DNA of 62,957 bases from Bacteroidales bacterium (GTDB lineage Bacteria; Bacteroidota; Bacteroidia; Bacteroidales; UBA4417): the NCBI GenBank assembly GCA_038212135.1, contig JBBQUX010000004.1:1-62957 (forward strand), read 5' to 3'. The translations under genes and the position numbers were made by a program. Below, piece after piece: positions 1-10,326 of the stretch. The stretch's first letter is position 1. Each line of letters starts with the position of its first letter. The notes beneath the pieces were generated by a model. The model worked only from the letters and a program-made list of their open reading frames with translations. It was not told the origin of the DNA and did no database searches.

Positions 1-146
<146 letters not shown>

Positions 147-237
147 AAGTTGATCTTAAATGTCTCAGATTTATTCTTCTCTGTCAATACTAAAATTGAA
201 CAGGGGATATTCGCTGCTTTATGTTTTGACTTCAGTC

Positions 238-250
238 TTTCAAAGAACTT
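238..250 (-). promoter_or_regulatory. BoxA-like rRNA antitermination element
   Basis: Minus strand reads AAGTTCTTTGAAA in the rRNA leader, matching the boxA core GTTCTTTGA. Confidence 0.6.
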
Positions 251-347
251 GGTGATCTATGTGTAGCCCGAAGGCTGATCATTTCAATTTGTTGTTCCCG
301 CTCACTTTTTTGCTCCCTCGCTTTCAACTTCGTGTCGTGATTGGGAG

Positions 348-605
348 TGCAAAGGTAAAACCTTTTTTAACTCCTGCAACTATTTCGATAATTATTTTTT
401 AACAATTTAATAAAGAAACAATGTTGCTGTTAAAACGGAATGCAAAAGTAAAACAAGTATTAAAATCACCAGAACCTATTGCAAAAAAAATACTGTTGGT
501 GTAATCTGCTTATTTTCAGTTTAGTGTATTAATGGTGTTTTGTTTTGACTGCATTTTCCGCTTAAACTTTCAATGAACGTACCCGTTTAGGAGGGTGCAA
601 AGGTA
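348..605 (-). promoter_or_regulatory. Three tandem Bacteroidota -7 promoter elements for the rRNA operon
   Basis: Minus strand TACCTTTGCA (348-357), TACTTTTGCA (441-450) and TACCTTTGCA (596-605) all match TAnnTTTG and point into the 16S gene. Confidence 0.75.
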
Positions 606-762
606 AAAGTTATTTTAACTTATACAACAATGATGTAAAAATAATTGGAATAATTATTGAAAGTGACTGAAATTCAGTTAAATAAAATTTTATTTTAATA
701 GCTTTTTGTCATGATAAATAGAAATTTTGTTTCTTTGCAGCCCGTTTCTACAAAAGTTTCCT

Positions 763-1332
763 ATGCAAAACACGTTTTCAAATAGATATCGAATTATTCT
801 TTCCCTTTTCTTCGTCATTTTATGTTCTGCAAAACTTTTTGCACAGGATGAATATAATACATACAAGGAGAAAAGTGATTTTAAATCTAAACTATTTTTC
901 GGAGGAGGATTTGGACTGCAATTTGGGTCAGCAACTTTAGTGGAAGTTTCACCTATTGTAGGGTATAGTGTAACTCCTAAATTTGGAATTGGTGTAAGTC
1001 CCACGTATAAGTTCTATAAAATAAATGATTATTATGGTCCTTCAAATGATCTGACAACGAATGTTTTTGGTGGCAGTATTTTTGCCCGATATTCAATTTT
1101 TACGAATGTTTTTGCACATGTGGAATATGAGATACTTTACTACAATACTCGGGTAACCGGATATGAGACTGCCAGGCAACAGTTTAACAGTTTTTTTGTT
1201 GGCGGGGGATATAATCAGCGGCTTGGAGGTAATTCGGCAATGTATTTTCTTGTATTATGGAATTTGAATGATACCGCTGATTCACCTTATATAAATCCGG
1301 TTATACGTGTCGGTTTTAGTGTGGGATTGTAA
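763..1332 (+). CDS. Putative outer-membrane beta-barrel protein
   Basis: Signal peptide ending LFA-Q, Gly/aromatic alternating strands, C-terminal RVGFSVGL. Start moved from TTG 727 to ATG 763. Confidence 0.65.
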   Translation: MQNTFSNRYRIILSLFFVILCSAKLFAQDEYNTYKEKSDFKSKLFFGGGFGLQFGSATLVEVSPIVGYSVTPKFGIGVSPTYKFYKINDYYGPSNDLTTNVFGGSIFARYSIFTNVFAHVEYEILYYNTRVTGYETARQQFNSFFVGGGYNQRLGGNSAMYFLVLWNLNDTADSPYINPVIRVGFSVGL

Positions 1333-1673
1333 AATAAAGAGTGAGGCTGATTTCTGTTTCTGTCTATATTACCTTTCAGCTATTCCTGAAGAAGGCTGCA
1401 AATCCAGTTAAAAGGACTACCAGTTATGTCTATACATAAATATTATACAATGTAAAAGTTATTATTATATTACAAACGGGATAAATTTCCGTTTAAAAAA
1501 ATTTATACAAACCAGGATGCAGAATTCAAGTTCTGGTTGTAAACCTTTCGGAATTTGGTATTAAATACGTGGTCCGTCTATTGCGGTAATGTGTTCTGCG
1601 AAATGAATGTTTTATCGCGTTTCTTCTATCGCTAAAGATAGCTTACAGTGTTTTGCTTTTTTCAGGTCGAAGT

Positions 1674-3134
1674 TTACTCGTGCGGAATATTTTTCAAAAC
1701 TTCAAGAGTAAGATCCCAAAAACGTTGAACTGTATCAATCTGCAACCTTTCATCTGGTGAATGTGCTCCTTTAATGGTTGGGCCATACGAAATCATATCA
1801 ATTCCGGGATATTGTTCGCCAATAAGACCGCATTCGAGCCCTGCATGTATTGCAAGTACTTTCGGTTCCAGCCTGAAGAGTTTAACATAGGCTTTATGTG
1901 TAATATCAAGTATTGGTGATTTCGGATTAGGTGTCCAACCCGGATATCCATCGTTATGAGTAATTTTTGCACCAGCTAACCTGAAAACACTTTCCACCAT
2001 ATTCAATACATCTTCTTTGCCATGCTCAGATGAACTTCTCTGGCTGGTTCCAATTTCGATGACTTTATCGTTCATTTTAACCGAGGCCAGGTTGGTGGAG
2101 GTTTCAACAAAGTTGGGGACAACGGCTGACATGGCAATTACTCCATGCGGACAGGCATATAATGCATTAAGCAGGCGTTCCTGGGTGGATAAATCAATAA
2201 GAAAATCGGGTAATTCAATCGGATTGTAACTTACCAATAGAGCTGGTTCAGTAATCCTGAATTCCTCTTTAACTATAGTGTTGAATTTCTTTACAAACTG
2301 AATGAATTCATTACTGAAACGGTTTGGAACAACAATATTGGCAAATGATTCACGAGCTATTGCATTGCGAAGGTTGCCTCCGTCAATTTGCGAAATCCTG
2401 ACTTCGAAGTGATGACTTGCTGTCCACAAAAGCCTGTTTAGCAATTTTACCGCGTTTCCCCTTCCTTTATTTATGTCGTCGCCTGAATGACCTCCCTGTA
2501 AACCGGTTACTTTAACCTGATAGCCTGTGAAATCATAATTCACAGCTATGCGCGAATAATTCATAAATGCCTTCGTATCCTGACCTCCCGCACATCCGAT
2601 GAATAATTCACCTTCGTCTTCCGAATCGAGGTTTAATAGAATCCGCCCTTTCAGAAACCCGGGCTTGAGTCCTTTGGCACCTGTAAGCCCTGTTTCTTCA
2701 TCAACTGTGAAAAGCATTTCGAGTGGGCCGTGCTCAATGTCAGTAGCTTCGAGTATTGCCAGTTGAGCAGCAATGCCAATCCCATCATCAGCTCCTAATG
2801 TGGTGCCTGTGGCTTTTACCCAGTCTCCTTCAATACGGGGAACAATTGGATCGTTGTCGAAGTCGTGATAAGTATCGCTGTTTTTTTCGCATACCATATC
2901 AATATGACTCTGTAAAATCACGACCGGAAAATTTTCATAGCCTTTTGTTGCCGGTTTCCGGATCAGAATATTGCCAACTTCATCAGTCTCATTTTCGAGA
3001 TTCAGTTTACGGGCTACTCCTATTATATATTCGGTAATACGTTTTTCTTTCTTCGATGACCGTGGGATTTTACAAATCTCGCCGAAATAATACCAGACTT
3101 TTTCGGGGCTTAATCCTGCAAATACTTTGCTCAT
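1674..3134 (-). CDS. pepD: Aminoacyl-histidine dipeptidase (M20C)
   Basis: Motifs QSHIDMVCEK, TTLGADDGIG, TVDEETG, NLDSEDEG, GGHSG, IHAGLECG, HSPDE. Confidence 0.95.
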   Translation of the reverse strand: MSKVFAGLSPEKVWYYFGEICKIPRSSKKEKRITEYIIGVARKLNLENETDEVGNILIRKPATKGYENFPVVILQSHIDMVCEKNSDTYHDFDNDPIVPRIEGDWVKATGTTLGADDGIGIAAQLAILEATDIEHGPLEMLFTVDEETGLTGAKGLKPGFLKGRILLNLDSEDEGELFIGCAGGQDTKAFMNYSRIAVNYDFTGYQVKVTGLQGGHSGDDINKGRGNAVKLLNRLLWTASHHFEVRISQIDGGNLRNAIARESFANIVVPNRFSNEFIQFVKKFNTIVKEEFRITEPALLVSYNPIELPDFLIDLSTQERLLNALYACPHGVIAMSAVVPNFVETSTNLASVKMNDKVIEIGTSQRSSSEHGKEDVLNMVESVFRLAGAKITHNDGYPGWTPNPKSPILDITHKAYVKLFRLEPKVLAIHAGLECGLIGEQYPGIDMISYGPTIKGAHSPDERLQIDTVQRFWDLTLEVLKNIPHE

Positions 3135-3526
3135 AATACATGTGTGAATTTTGTAATATGCAAATATATACCATAAATATAGAATTCAACCCGAATAAAA
3201 AAAAAATAAGTAAAATACTCAGTGGCACTTTTAAGACTGAGTGAATTATGACCTTGAATAGTATAAAATTATGTGAAAATGATCCTATGAGATCCGAAGC
3301 TCACTAATTCCAGATTTAAATAAATGATTCTGAATATAAACTCATATTGCTTCAGCTGTGTATTTGTTATCGATTATTTCTTTTGGCTTCTGTATTCGCT
3401 TACAGATTACTTTACTTAATTGCATTGGTTTATTGAAATGCCAAAATCTCCATTATATGGAATCAACAAAAAATATTTACTTTTACCACCCAGTGAAACT
3501 AAACCGTTGAAAGAATTGAGTTTATT

Positions 3527-5191
3527 ATGAAGAATCTAACTATTTTGATGCAGAAACACCGTTATAGATTTCTATTTGCTGCTATACTGCTTGTTTATTT
3601 TTTCAATATGTTAATTGATGTTATGGAAATTGATGCTGCTCAGTACGCGTTAATTTCACTCGAAATGAGCTGGACCAGGAGTTTCCTGCATGTTTATCAG
3701 CAGGGACACGATTATCTGGACAAACCACCTTTACTGTTCTGGCTGTCGTCAATTTCGTATTTGATTTTTGGTGTCTCAAATTTCGCATATAAGCTGCCTT
3801 CTTTTTTAACAGCAGTATTAGGTATTTATAGTGTTTATCAGTTCTCCTGTTTATGGTACAGTAAAGAAAAGGCAGTCCTGGCTTCTTTAATATTAGCTTG
3901 TTGCCAGGCATTATTTCTGATTACCAATGATGTGCGGACCGACACAATCCTTTTAGGATTGGTAATGTTCTCAATCTGGCAGCTTACTGAGTATGTATTG
4001 AATGCCAAATGGAAAAATTTAATTCTGGCATCCATAGGAATTGGCGGGGCCATGATGGTAAAGGGTCCGATTGCTCTTATTATTCCCGCAGCTGCTTTTG
4101 GTACTGAATTTCTCTTAAAAAGGCAATGGAAAAATATCTTTAAACCAGAATGGATTATTTTGATAATTATTGTAGCAATCATTTTGATTCCAATGAGTTA
4201 TGGGCTGTACACACAATTCGATCTGCATCCCGAAAAAACAGTATATGGCCTAAAAGGTCCTTCCGGTCTGCGCTTTTTTTACTGGACCCAAAGCTTTGGA
4301 AGGATAACCGGGGAAAATTACTGGAAAAATGATGCCGGATATTTTTACTTCATGCATACCATTTTGTGGGATTTTCAACCCTGGATACTTTTATTCATTC
4401 CGGCGCTAATTCTTAAAATCAGAAAAATAATTGTTCAGAAATTCAGAAGCAACGAAAAGGAAGAATACATTACGCTTGGCGGATTTGTGCTGGTTTTGTT
4501 TGCCTTGTCGTTATCCAGTTATAAACTTCCACACTATATTTTTGTATTGTTTCCTTTTGCATCAATTATTACAGCCGATTTTATTTATCAGCTAAAGGGA
4601 AAACTTCAATCACGGATTGCTAAAGTTCAATTTGGCTTAATGCATATATTCTGGCTACTCATTTTGATTAGCTTCATCTTCATCTTTCCCTCGCGAAATT
4701 TTATACTACAATTTGTATTAATTGCCCTTTTTATTTTAAACTGGTTCATCTTCCGGTTTTATAAAGAGCAAGTTGAGCGGATTTTTATTCCGACAATTAT
4801 TACAGCCATTTCATTTAACCTGATGATGAGCCTGAATTTTTATCCAAACCTTTTAAAATATCAGTCATCGTCGCAACTGGGTAAATTAGTTTCTGAACGC
4901 ATTATTCCTGCTGATAAATTATACATTTATAACGGAACCTCTTTTTCGCTTGATTTTTATTCCCAGAGAATAAATCCGGTTATTACTTTAGAAAGCATAC
5001 ATAATTTGAAACCGGGAAGCCTGGTTTATCTTGATGAAAAAGGGCTTAACGATTTAATCGGGAACCAGGTTGCTTTTAAACAACGCAAGGTTTTTCATTC
5101 GTTCAGGGCAACCAGGCTTTCATTGCCGTTTTTATACTACAAAACAAGAGATAAAGAGCTTAAAAATGAATATTTAATTGAATTACAATAA
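3527..5191 (+). CDS. ArnT/PMT-family (GT-C) membrane glycosyltransferase
   Basis: DAAQYA, YLDKPPLLFW, KGP and KLPHY motifs; multiple TM helices. Confidence 0.85.
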   Translation: MKNLTILMQKHRYRFLFAAILLVYFFNMLIDVMEIDAAQYALISLEMSWTRSFLHVYQQGHDYLDKPPLLFWLSSISYLIFGVSNFAYKLPSFLTAVLGIYSVYQFSCLWYSKEKAVLASLILACCQALFLITNDVRTDTILLGLVMFSIWQLTEYVLNAKWKNLILASIGIGGAMMVKGPIALIIPAAAFGTEFLLKRQWKNIFKPEWIILIIIVAIILIPMSYGLYTQFDLHPEKTVYGLKGPSGLRFFYWTQSFGRITGENYWKNDAGYFYFMHTILWDFQPWILLFIPALILKIRKIIVQKFRSNEKEEYITLGGFVLVLFALSLSSYKLPHYIFVLFPFASIITADFIYQLKGKLQSRIAKVQFGLMHIFWLLILISFIFIFPSRNFILQFVLIALFILNWFIFRFYKEQVERIFIPTIITAISFNLMMSLNFYPNLLKYQSSSQLGKLVSERIIPADKLYIYNGTSFSLDFYSQRINPVITLESIHNLKPGSLVYLDEKGLNDLIGNQVAFKQRKVFHSFRATRLSLPFLYYKTRDKELKNEYLIELQ

Positions 5192-5282
5192 ATTGAAATT
5201 CATTAGCAAAAATCAAATTATGAAACTATCGGTTAAAGTTCGTATATATACAGAAGAAAAACGGATTCACATGATATTAATT

Positions 5283-5447
5283 AGTGTCTCTAAGAAAACT
5301 CATCATTTTACGTAAAAAATGGTCTTTTTCTTTAACTTTAGGTTTGGCAGGCAAAACTCAATCTCGTGTGCGCGAGGACTTTGCCCTACGGGGTCAAAGG
5401 GTGAGCGTGGGCAAAACTCATTTTAGACTCGTTTTCTTATACGCACT
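5283..5447 (+). mobile_element. MITE-like element, copy 1 (165 bp)
   Basis: Imperfect terminal inverted repeats AGTGTCTCTAAGAAAAC...GTTTTCTTATACGCACT; AATT direct repeat on both flanks; near-identical to 43224-43388. Confidence 0.8.
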
Positions 5448-5554
5448 AATTATGCCAATAAATGGCAGAGCATATTCAGGTTATAAAATGAAATATCTAT
5501 TGTTAGCGTTTTTTTGAAAACCAATAGGGGTAAGCCAATTCCAGGATTGATATT

Positions 5555-6205
5555 TTACTGGCCAGCCAATAGCTTGACTATGGTTTCTTTTGGATCAACA
5601 GATGCGAAAACAGTATTTCCTGCCACAAGCACATCAACTCCTGTTTGAATTAATTTACCGGCATTTGCGAGATCAACACCTCCGTCCACTTCAATACGGA
5701 TTTTTTTGCCTGTTGCCTGTATCATTTGCTTTAAGGCAGTGATTTTGTTATAGGTATTTTCAATAAATTTCTGTCCTCCAAAGCCAGGATTTACTGACAT
5801 CAGCAGAACCAGATCAAGATCAGGCAGAATTTCGGATAACACATTTACAGGAGTGTGAGGATTGAGAACAACGCCTGCTTTCATTCCAAGTTCGTGTATC
5901 AGGGCAACTGAACGGTGAATATGCACAGATGCTTCGTAATGAAAAGTCAGGATATCAGCACCAGCATCGCGGAAAGCTTCAAAGTATCGTTCCGGCTGAA
6001 CGATCATCAGGTGAACATCAAGAAGCTTTGAGGTTGCTTTCCGAACAGCTTTTACAATCGGAATGCCATATGAAATGTTTGGTACGAAAACACCATCCAT
6101 AACATCAATATGAATCCATTCAGCCATGCTGGTGTTGATCATTTCAATGTCGTTGCCAAGATGCAGGAAATTGGCCGATAATAAGGAAGGAGCAATGATT
6201 GGCAT
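5555..6205 (-). CDS. rpe: Ribulose-phosphate 3-epimerase
   Basis: IAPSLLSA, HIDVMDGVFVPN, DVHLM, MSVNPGFGGQ, EVDGG. Confidence 0.97.
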   Translation of the reverse strand: MPIIAPSLLSANFLHLGNDIEMINTSMAEWIHIDVMDGVFVPNISYGIPIVKAVRKATSKLLDVHLMIVQPERYFEAFRDAGADILTFHYEASVHIHRSVALIHELGMKAGVVLNPHTPVNVLSEILPDLDLVLLMSVNPGFGGQKFIENTYNKITALKQMIQATGKKIRIEVDGGVDLANAGKLIQTGVDVLVAGNTVFASVDPKETIVKLLAGQ

Positions 6206-6267
6206 AAATTATGATTTTGGATGATCTCTAATGGATGAAAGAATAAAATTATAGAAAAAAGGTATTC

Positions 6268-6296
6268 AAAAAAAAAGAGCGGACATAAATCCGCTC
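6268..6296 (-). terminator. Intrinsic terminator after the sigma factor gene
   Basis: GAGCGGA/TCCGCTC stem followed by a T-run on the minus strand. Confidence 0.75.
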
Positions 6297-6308
6297 AATT
6301 TTATATTA

Positions 6309-7172
6309 TTAACCAAGGTAGGTTTTTAATATTTTACTTCTTGCAGTATGTTTGAGCCTGCGGATGGCTTTTTCTTTGATTTGTCGAACACGCTCGCGGG
6401 TGAGATCGAATTTTTCGCCGATTTCTTCCAGTGTGTAAGGATGACTGCCGTTGAGTCCGAAATATAGTTTGATAACATCAGCTTCGCGAGGCGTCAAAGT
6501 AGAAATAGCACGGTCAATTTCCTTACGGAGTGATTCGTAAAGCAGGCCTGTTTCAGGTGTAGGACCATCATCACTGCGCAGAACATCATACATGGTGTTG
6601 TCTTCGTCCTGAATGAGAGGAGCATCCATCGATACATGACGGCCGCTGTTACGCATTGATTCTTTTACTTCATTCTCGCTTATTTCGAGCAATGTAGCAA
6701 TCTCATCGCTGTTAGGTTCGCGTTCGTATTCCTGTTCGAGTTTCGCGTACGCTTTGTTGATTTTATTGATGGCACCGATTTTGTTTAGCGGAAGCCTCAC
6801 AATACGCGATTGTTCAGCCAAAGCCTGTAGAATCGACTGACGGATCCACCAAACTGCGTAGGAAATAAACTTAAATCCACGGGTTTCATCGAAACGCTGG
6901 GCTGCCTTTATTAGTCCGAGGTTTCCTTCGTTGATAAGGTCGGGCAAGCTGAGACCCTGGTTTTGGTATTGTTTTGAAACAGATACAACAAAGCGAAGAT
7001 TAGCCTTTGTGAGTTTTTCGAGTGCCGCACGGTCGCCTTGCTTGATTCGCTGTGCGAGCTGGACTTCTTCCTCAGCTGTAATCAGTTCTACTTTACCGAT
7101 TTCCTGCAGGTATTTGTCCAGCGAAGCGGGGTCGCGGTGAGTGACTAGTTTTGTTATATTGAGTTGCCTCAT
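6309..7172 (-). CDS. rpoD: RNA polymerase primary sigma factor (Bacteroidota SigA/RpoD type, no region 1.1)
   Basis: MRQLxIT start, [55 protein letters not shown]; 287 aa. Confidence 0.93.
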   Translation of the reverse strand: MRQLNITKLVTHRDPASLDKYLQEIGKVELITAEEEVQLAQRIKQGDRAALEKLTKANLRFVVSVSKQYQNQGLSLPDLINEGNLGLIKAAQRFDETRGFKFISYAVWWIRQSILQALAEQSRIVRLPLNKIGAINKINKAYAKLEQEYEREPNSDEIATLLEISENEVKESMRNSGRHVSMDAPLIQDEDNTMYDVLRSDDGPTPETGLLYESLRKEIDRAISTLTPREADVIKLYFGLNGSHPYTLEEIGEKFDLTRERVRQIKEKAIRRLKHTARSKILKTYLG

Positions 7173-7235
7173 AGTTTAAATTTGTGTTGGCGTTCTGTAA
7201 TACGCAATTAATTGAATAAGGGTTTCATATTTATG

Positions 7236-7272
7236 AAAAAATACACCTTCCCCGTGAAATTAAGGGAAGGTG
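7236..7272 (-). terminator. Intrinsic terminator after pnp
   Basis: CACCTTCCC/GGGAAGGTG stem plus T-run on the minus strand. Confidence 0.75.
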
Positions 7273-7287
7273 CTTCGATTCAATAAC

Positions 7288-9420
7288 TTATTTTGGGCCC
7301 TCAGTATTTTCCGGACGGGGAAGTAAAACTTTTCGCGAAAGTTTCAACTTTCCAGTTTTGGGATCAACTTCAATTAATTTAACATCAATTTTATCTCCGA
7401 CTTTCAGAACGCTTTCCACATCTTTCAGGCGGCTCCATTCAATTTCGGATATATGAAGTAACCCATCTTTTCCGGGAAGAATCTCAACAAAGGCACCGAA
7501 AGCGGTAATTGTTTTAACGGTTCCATTATAAACTTCTCCAACTTCAGGAACTGAAACAATGCGCTTGATTTTTTCTTTAACAGCGTCAATTGACGCTTTA
7601 TTGCTCGAAACAATATCAATAACTCCAAATTCACCCACTTCTTCAATCACGATGGTTGCACCGGTTTCGCGCTGCATTTCCTGAATGATCTTGCCACCTG
7701 GCCCTATTACTGCGCCGATAAATTCACGCGGAATGGTCAGTTTAACGATACGTGGCACATGAGGCTTGTAGTCTTCGCGCGGTTCGGTAATGGTTTTGGC
7801 CATTTCGCCAAGAATATGCAAACGGCCCAGTCGTGCCTGTTCCATGGCTTTTGCCATGATTTCGGCTGAAAGCCCGTCAACTTTTATATCCATCTGGCAG
7901 GCGGTAATTCCATCGCGCGTGCCGGTAACTTTAAAGTCCATATCCCCAAGGTGATCCTCATCTCCGAGTATATCACTCAATACCGAATATTTTTCTCCTT
8001 CAGTAATTAATCCCATCGCGATCCCGGCAACAGGTTTCTTCAGTTTAACACCAGCATCCAGCAGAGCAAGTGTTCCGGCACAAACCGTAGCCATAGATGA
8101 TGATCCGTTCGACTCAAGGATATCGCTTACAATTCTGACGGTGTAAGGATTCAGGTCTTTACCAGGCATCATCGGCTTAAGAGCACGTAAAGCAAGATTT
8201 CCATGGCCGATTTCGCGTCGGCCGACACCCATGATACGTTTAACTTCACCTGTCGAGAAAGGCGGGAAATTATAATGTAGCAGGAAATCCTGCTCACCCT
8301 GAATTACAACGCCATCAATACTCTGTGTATCCAGTTTCGAGCCTAATGTAACTGTTGTGAGTGACTGAGTTTCGCCACGGGTAAAAATTGCGGAACCATG
8401 CGCTGTGGGCAAATAATCTACTTCACTCCATATAGCTCTGATCTCGTCGAGTTTTCGTCCGTCGAGCCTGCGTTTGTCGTTAAGTATCATAGCGCGCATG
8501 GCTTTTTTCTCTACGTCGTGGTAGTAACGGCTGATGAGAGGAGCATTTTCGGAAGCATAATCTGCTTCGAGTGTCGCGATATATTCCTGTTTTATGGCAG
8601 CAAAGGCTTCGGTACGTTCTTTCTTACCTGAACCCGACATCGCAACTGTATAAATTTTGTCGTAACAGAATGCAGCGATAGCAGCTTTCAGATCTTCATC
8701 ATTTTTTTCGTGGCAATATTCGCGTTTGGTTTTTGACTTTTCAACCAGTGCAGCAAGCTCAACCTGGGCTTTGCAGGCCAGTTTAATATGTTTGTGGGCA
8801 AAAACAATAGCGTCGACCATTGATTGCTCCGAAACTTCTTTCATTTCGCCTTCAACCATCATAATGTTGTCGGCCGTGGCAGCTACGAGGATGTCAATAT
8901 CAGCTGTTTCAATAATACTGTATGCCGGATTAACGACATATTCGCCATTGATGCGCGCTATACGAACTTCGCTAACTGGTCCGTTGAAAGGAATATCCGA
9001 TACAGCAAGAGCACTTGAAGCAGCAAGACAAGCAAGTGCATCGGGCAGAATATCATCATCTGACGAAATCAGGGTAACAATTACCTGTACTTCTGCGTGA
9101 TAATTGTCAGGGAACAAGGGGCGTAACGCCCGGTCGATCAACCTGGAAATTAAAATCTCATTATCAGTCGGGCGAGCTTCTCTTTTGAAAAATCCGCCCG
9201 GAAACCTGCCTGAGGCAGCATATTTTTCACGATACTCAACAGAAAGTGGCATGAAATCCACATTTTCCTTGGCTTCTTTCATTGCTACTACAGTAGCAAG
9301 AATCATGGTGTTTCCCATTTTTACAACACAAGCTCCATCAGCTTGTTTGGCGAGTTTTCCTGTTTCGATCGAAATCATGCGTCCGTCGCCAATGTCGAAG
9401 GTTTTAACAATTCCTTCCAT
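7288..9420 (-). CDS. pnp: Polyribonucleotide nucleotidyltransferase (PNPase)
   Basis: [46 protein letters not shown] and S1 domains; lies downstream of rpsO. Confidence 0.98.
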   Translation of the reverse strand: MEGIVKTFDIGDGRMISIETGKLAKQADGACVVKMGNTMILATVVAMKEAKENVDFMPLSVEYREKYAASGRFPGGFFKREARPTDNEILISRLIDRALRPLFPDNYHAEVQVIVTLISSDDDILPDALACLAASSALAVSDIPFNGPVSEVRIARINGEYVVNPAYSIIETADIDILVAATADNIMMVEGEMKEVSEQSMVDAIVFAHKHIKLACKAQVELAALVEKSKTKREYCHEKNDEDLKAAIAAFCYDKIYTVAMSGSGKKERTEAFAAIKQEYIATLEADYASENAPLISRYYHDVEKKAMRAMILNDKRRLDGRKLDEIRAIWSEVDYLPTAHGSAIFTRGETQSLTTVTLGSKLDTQSIDGVVIQGEQDFLLHYNFPPFSTGEVKRIMGVGRREIGHGNLALRALKPMMPGKDLNPYTVRIVSDILESNGSSSMATVCAGTLALLDAGVKLKKPVAGIAMGLITEGEKYSVLSDILGDEDHLGDMDFKVTGTRDGITACQMDIKVDGLSAEIMAKAMEQARLGRLHILGEMAKTITEPREDYKPHVPRIVKLTIPREFIGAVIGPGGKIIQEMQRETGATIVIEEVGEFGVIDIVSSNKASIDAVKEKIKRIVSVPEVGEVYNGTVKTITAFGAFVEILPGKDGLLHISEIEWSRLKDVESVLKVGDKIDVKLIEVDPKTGKLKLSRKVLLPRPENTEGPK

Positions 9421-9560
9421 AATTTACCTCTTTTTTTCTTTTTATGTAACAATTAGTGCTTTCGTTTTCTTTTTATAAAGGTTGAATTGAGCACCACGGA
9501 TCAACCTGATTTTGTTTTAGTGTTATTTCTGAATATTTCTATTCAGCATTCAGTATAAAA

Positions 9561-9672
9561 ATTCCAGGATTCAAATTCCAAGTTCCAAGACTAAAAATTT
9601 CAAGTCATCTATTTTCACTACAATCAATTATTCTTCCTTAATTTCTTTGGGATCTGGAATTTGGAACCTGGT
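9561..9672. repeat. Long imperfect inverted repeat with heptamer-periodic arms in the rpsO-pnp spacer
   Basis: ATTCCAGGATTCAAATTCCAAGTTCCAAG pairs with TTGGGATCTGGAATTTGGAACCTGG (about 25 bp stem, few mismatches). Confidence 0.7.
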
Positions 9673-9725
9673 AGTTATACTTGAAGTGTGTAATTTTTTC
9701 GTTTGAACCAAGTTCGTATCAATAC

Positions 9726-9753
9726 AAAAAAAGGCAACTTGAAGATTGCCTTT
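9726..9753 (-). terminator. Intrinsic terminator after rpsO
   Basis: AAAGGCAA/TTGCCTTT stem plus T-run on the minus strand. Confidence 0.75.
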
Positions 9754-9776
9754 CTTTATAATATATCGTTTTAGTA

Positions 9777-10046
9777 TTATTTACGAAGCCCAAGCTTTGC
9801 AATAATAGCGCGATAGCGCTCAATTTCTTTCTTTTTCAGATAATCAAGCATCTTACGGCGTTTACCTACCAAACGAACCAGCGAACGCTGGGTTGCAAGG
9901 TCTTTTTTGTTTTCTTTCAGGTGCTCTGTAAGATGTTTGATGCGGAAAGTGAAAAGCGCTATCTGGCCTTCAGCTGATCCGGTATCTGCATCAGATTGAC
10001 CGTTATCTTTAAATAAATCCTTTTTAATCTCAGGCGTCAAATACAT
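9777..10046 (-). CDS. rpsO: 30S ribosomal protein S15
   Basis: DTGSAEGQIALFT, HLTEHLKxNKKD, LVGKRRxMLDYL, LGLRK; 89 aa. Confidence 0.98.
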   Translation of the reverse strand: MYLTPEIKKDLFKDNGQSDADTGSAEGQIALFTFRIKHLTEHLKENKKDLATQRSLVRLVGKRRKMLDYLKKKEIERYRAIIAKLGLRK

Positions 10047-10252
10047 ATCTGTGTAACGTTTAATTGCTTATCTTTTCATTTTTCGGGCTGCAAAATTACT
10101 ACTTTTAGTTCAAATAAAAAACTTTTGTCAGTTTTTTTATTGATTTCCCGATCAATATTATATCAATCGTAAAATTAATGAAATTGCGGCAGCAAAGATA
10201 TATACTATATTTGTATTTAAAGGTATTCGTTAAAAGAAGTTAAAAACGGATA

Positions 10253-10285
10253 TTGTTTAATATATTTAATGGTTTTATTAAACAA
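10253..10285. promoter_or_regulatory. Candidate operator upstream of crtI
   Basis: Perfect 8-bp inverted repeat TTGTTTAA-N17-TTAAACAA ending about 40 bp before the crtI start. Confidence 0.4.
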
Positions 10286-10326
10286 AACAGCTTCATTTGC
10301 GTTATTAAATAAGCTTTAAACGAACT

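Noticed and set aside
5284-5517. 77-aa ORF
   Set aside because: Starts inside MITE copy 1; indels between copies do not preserve the frame.
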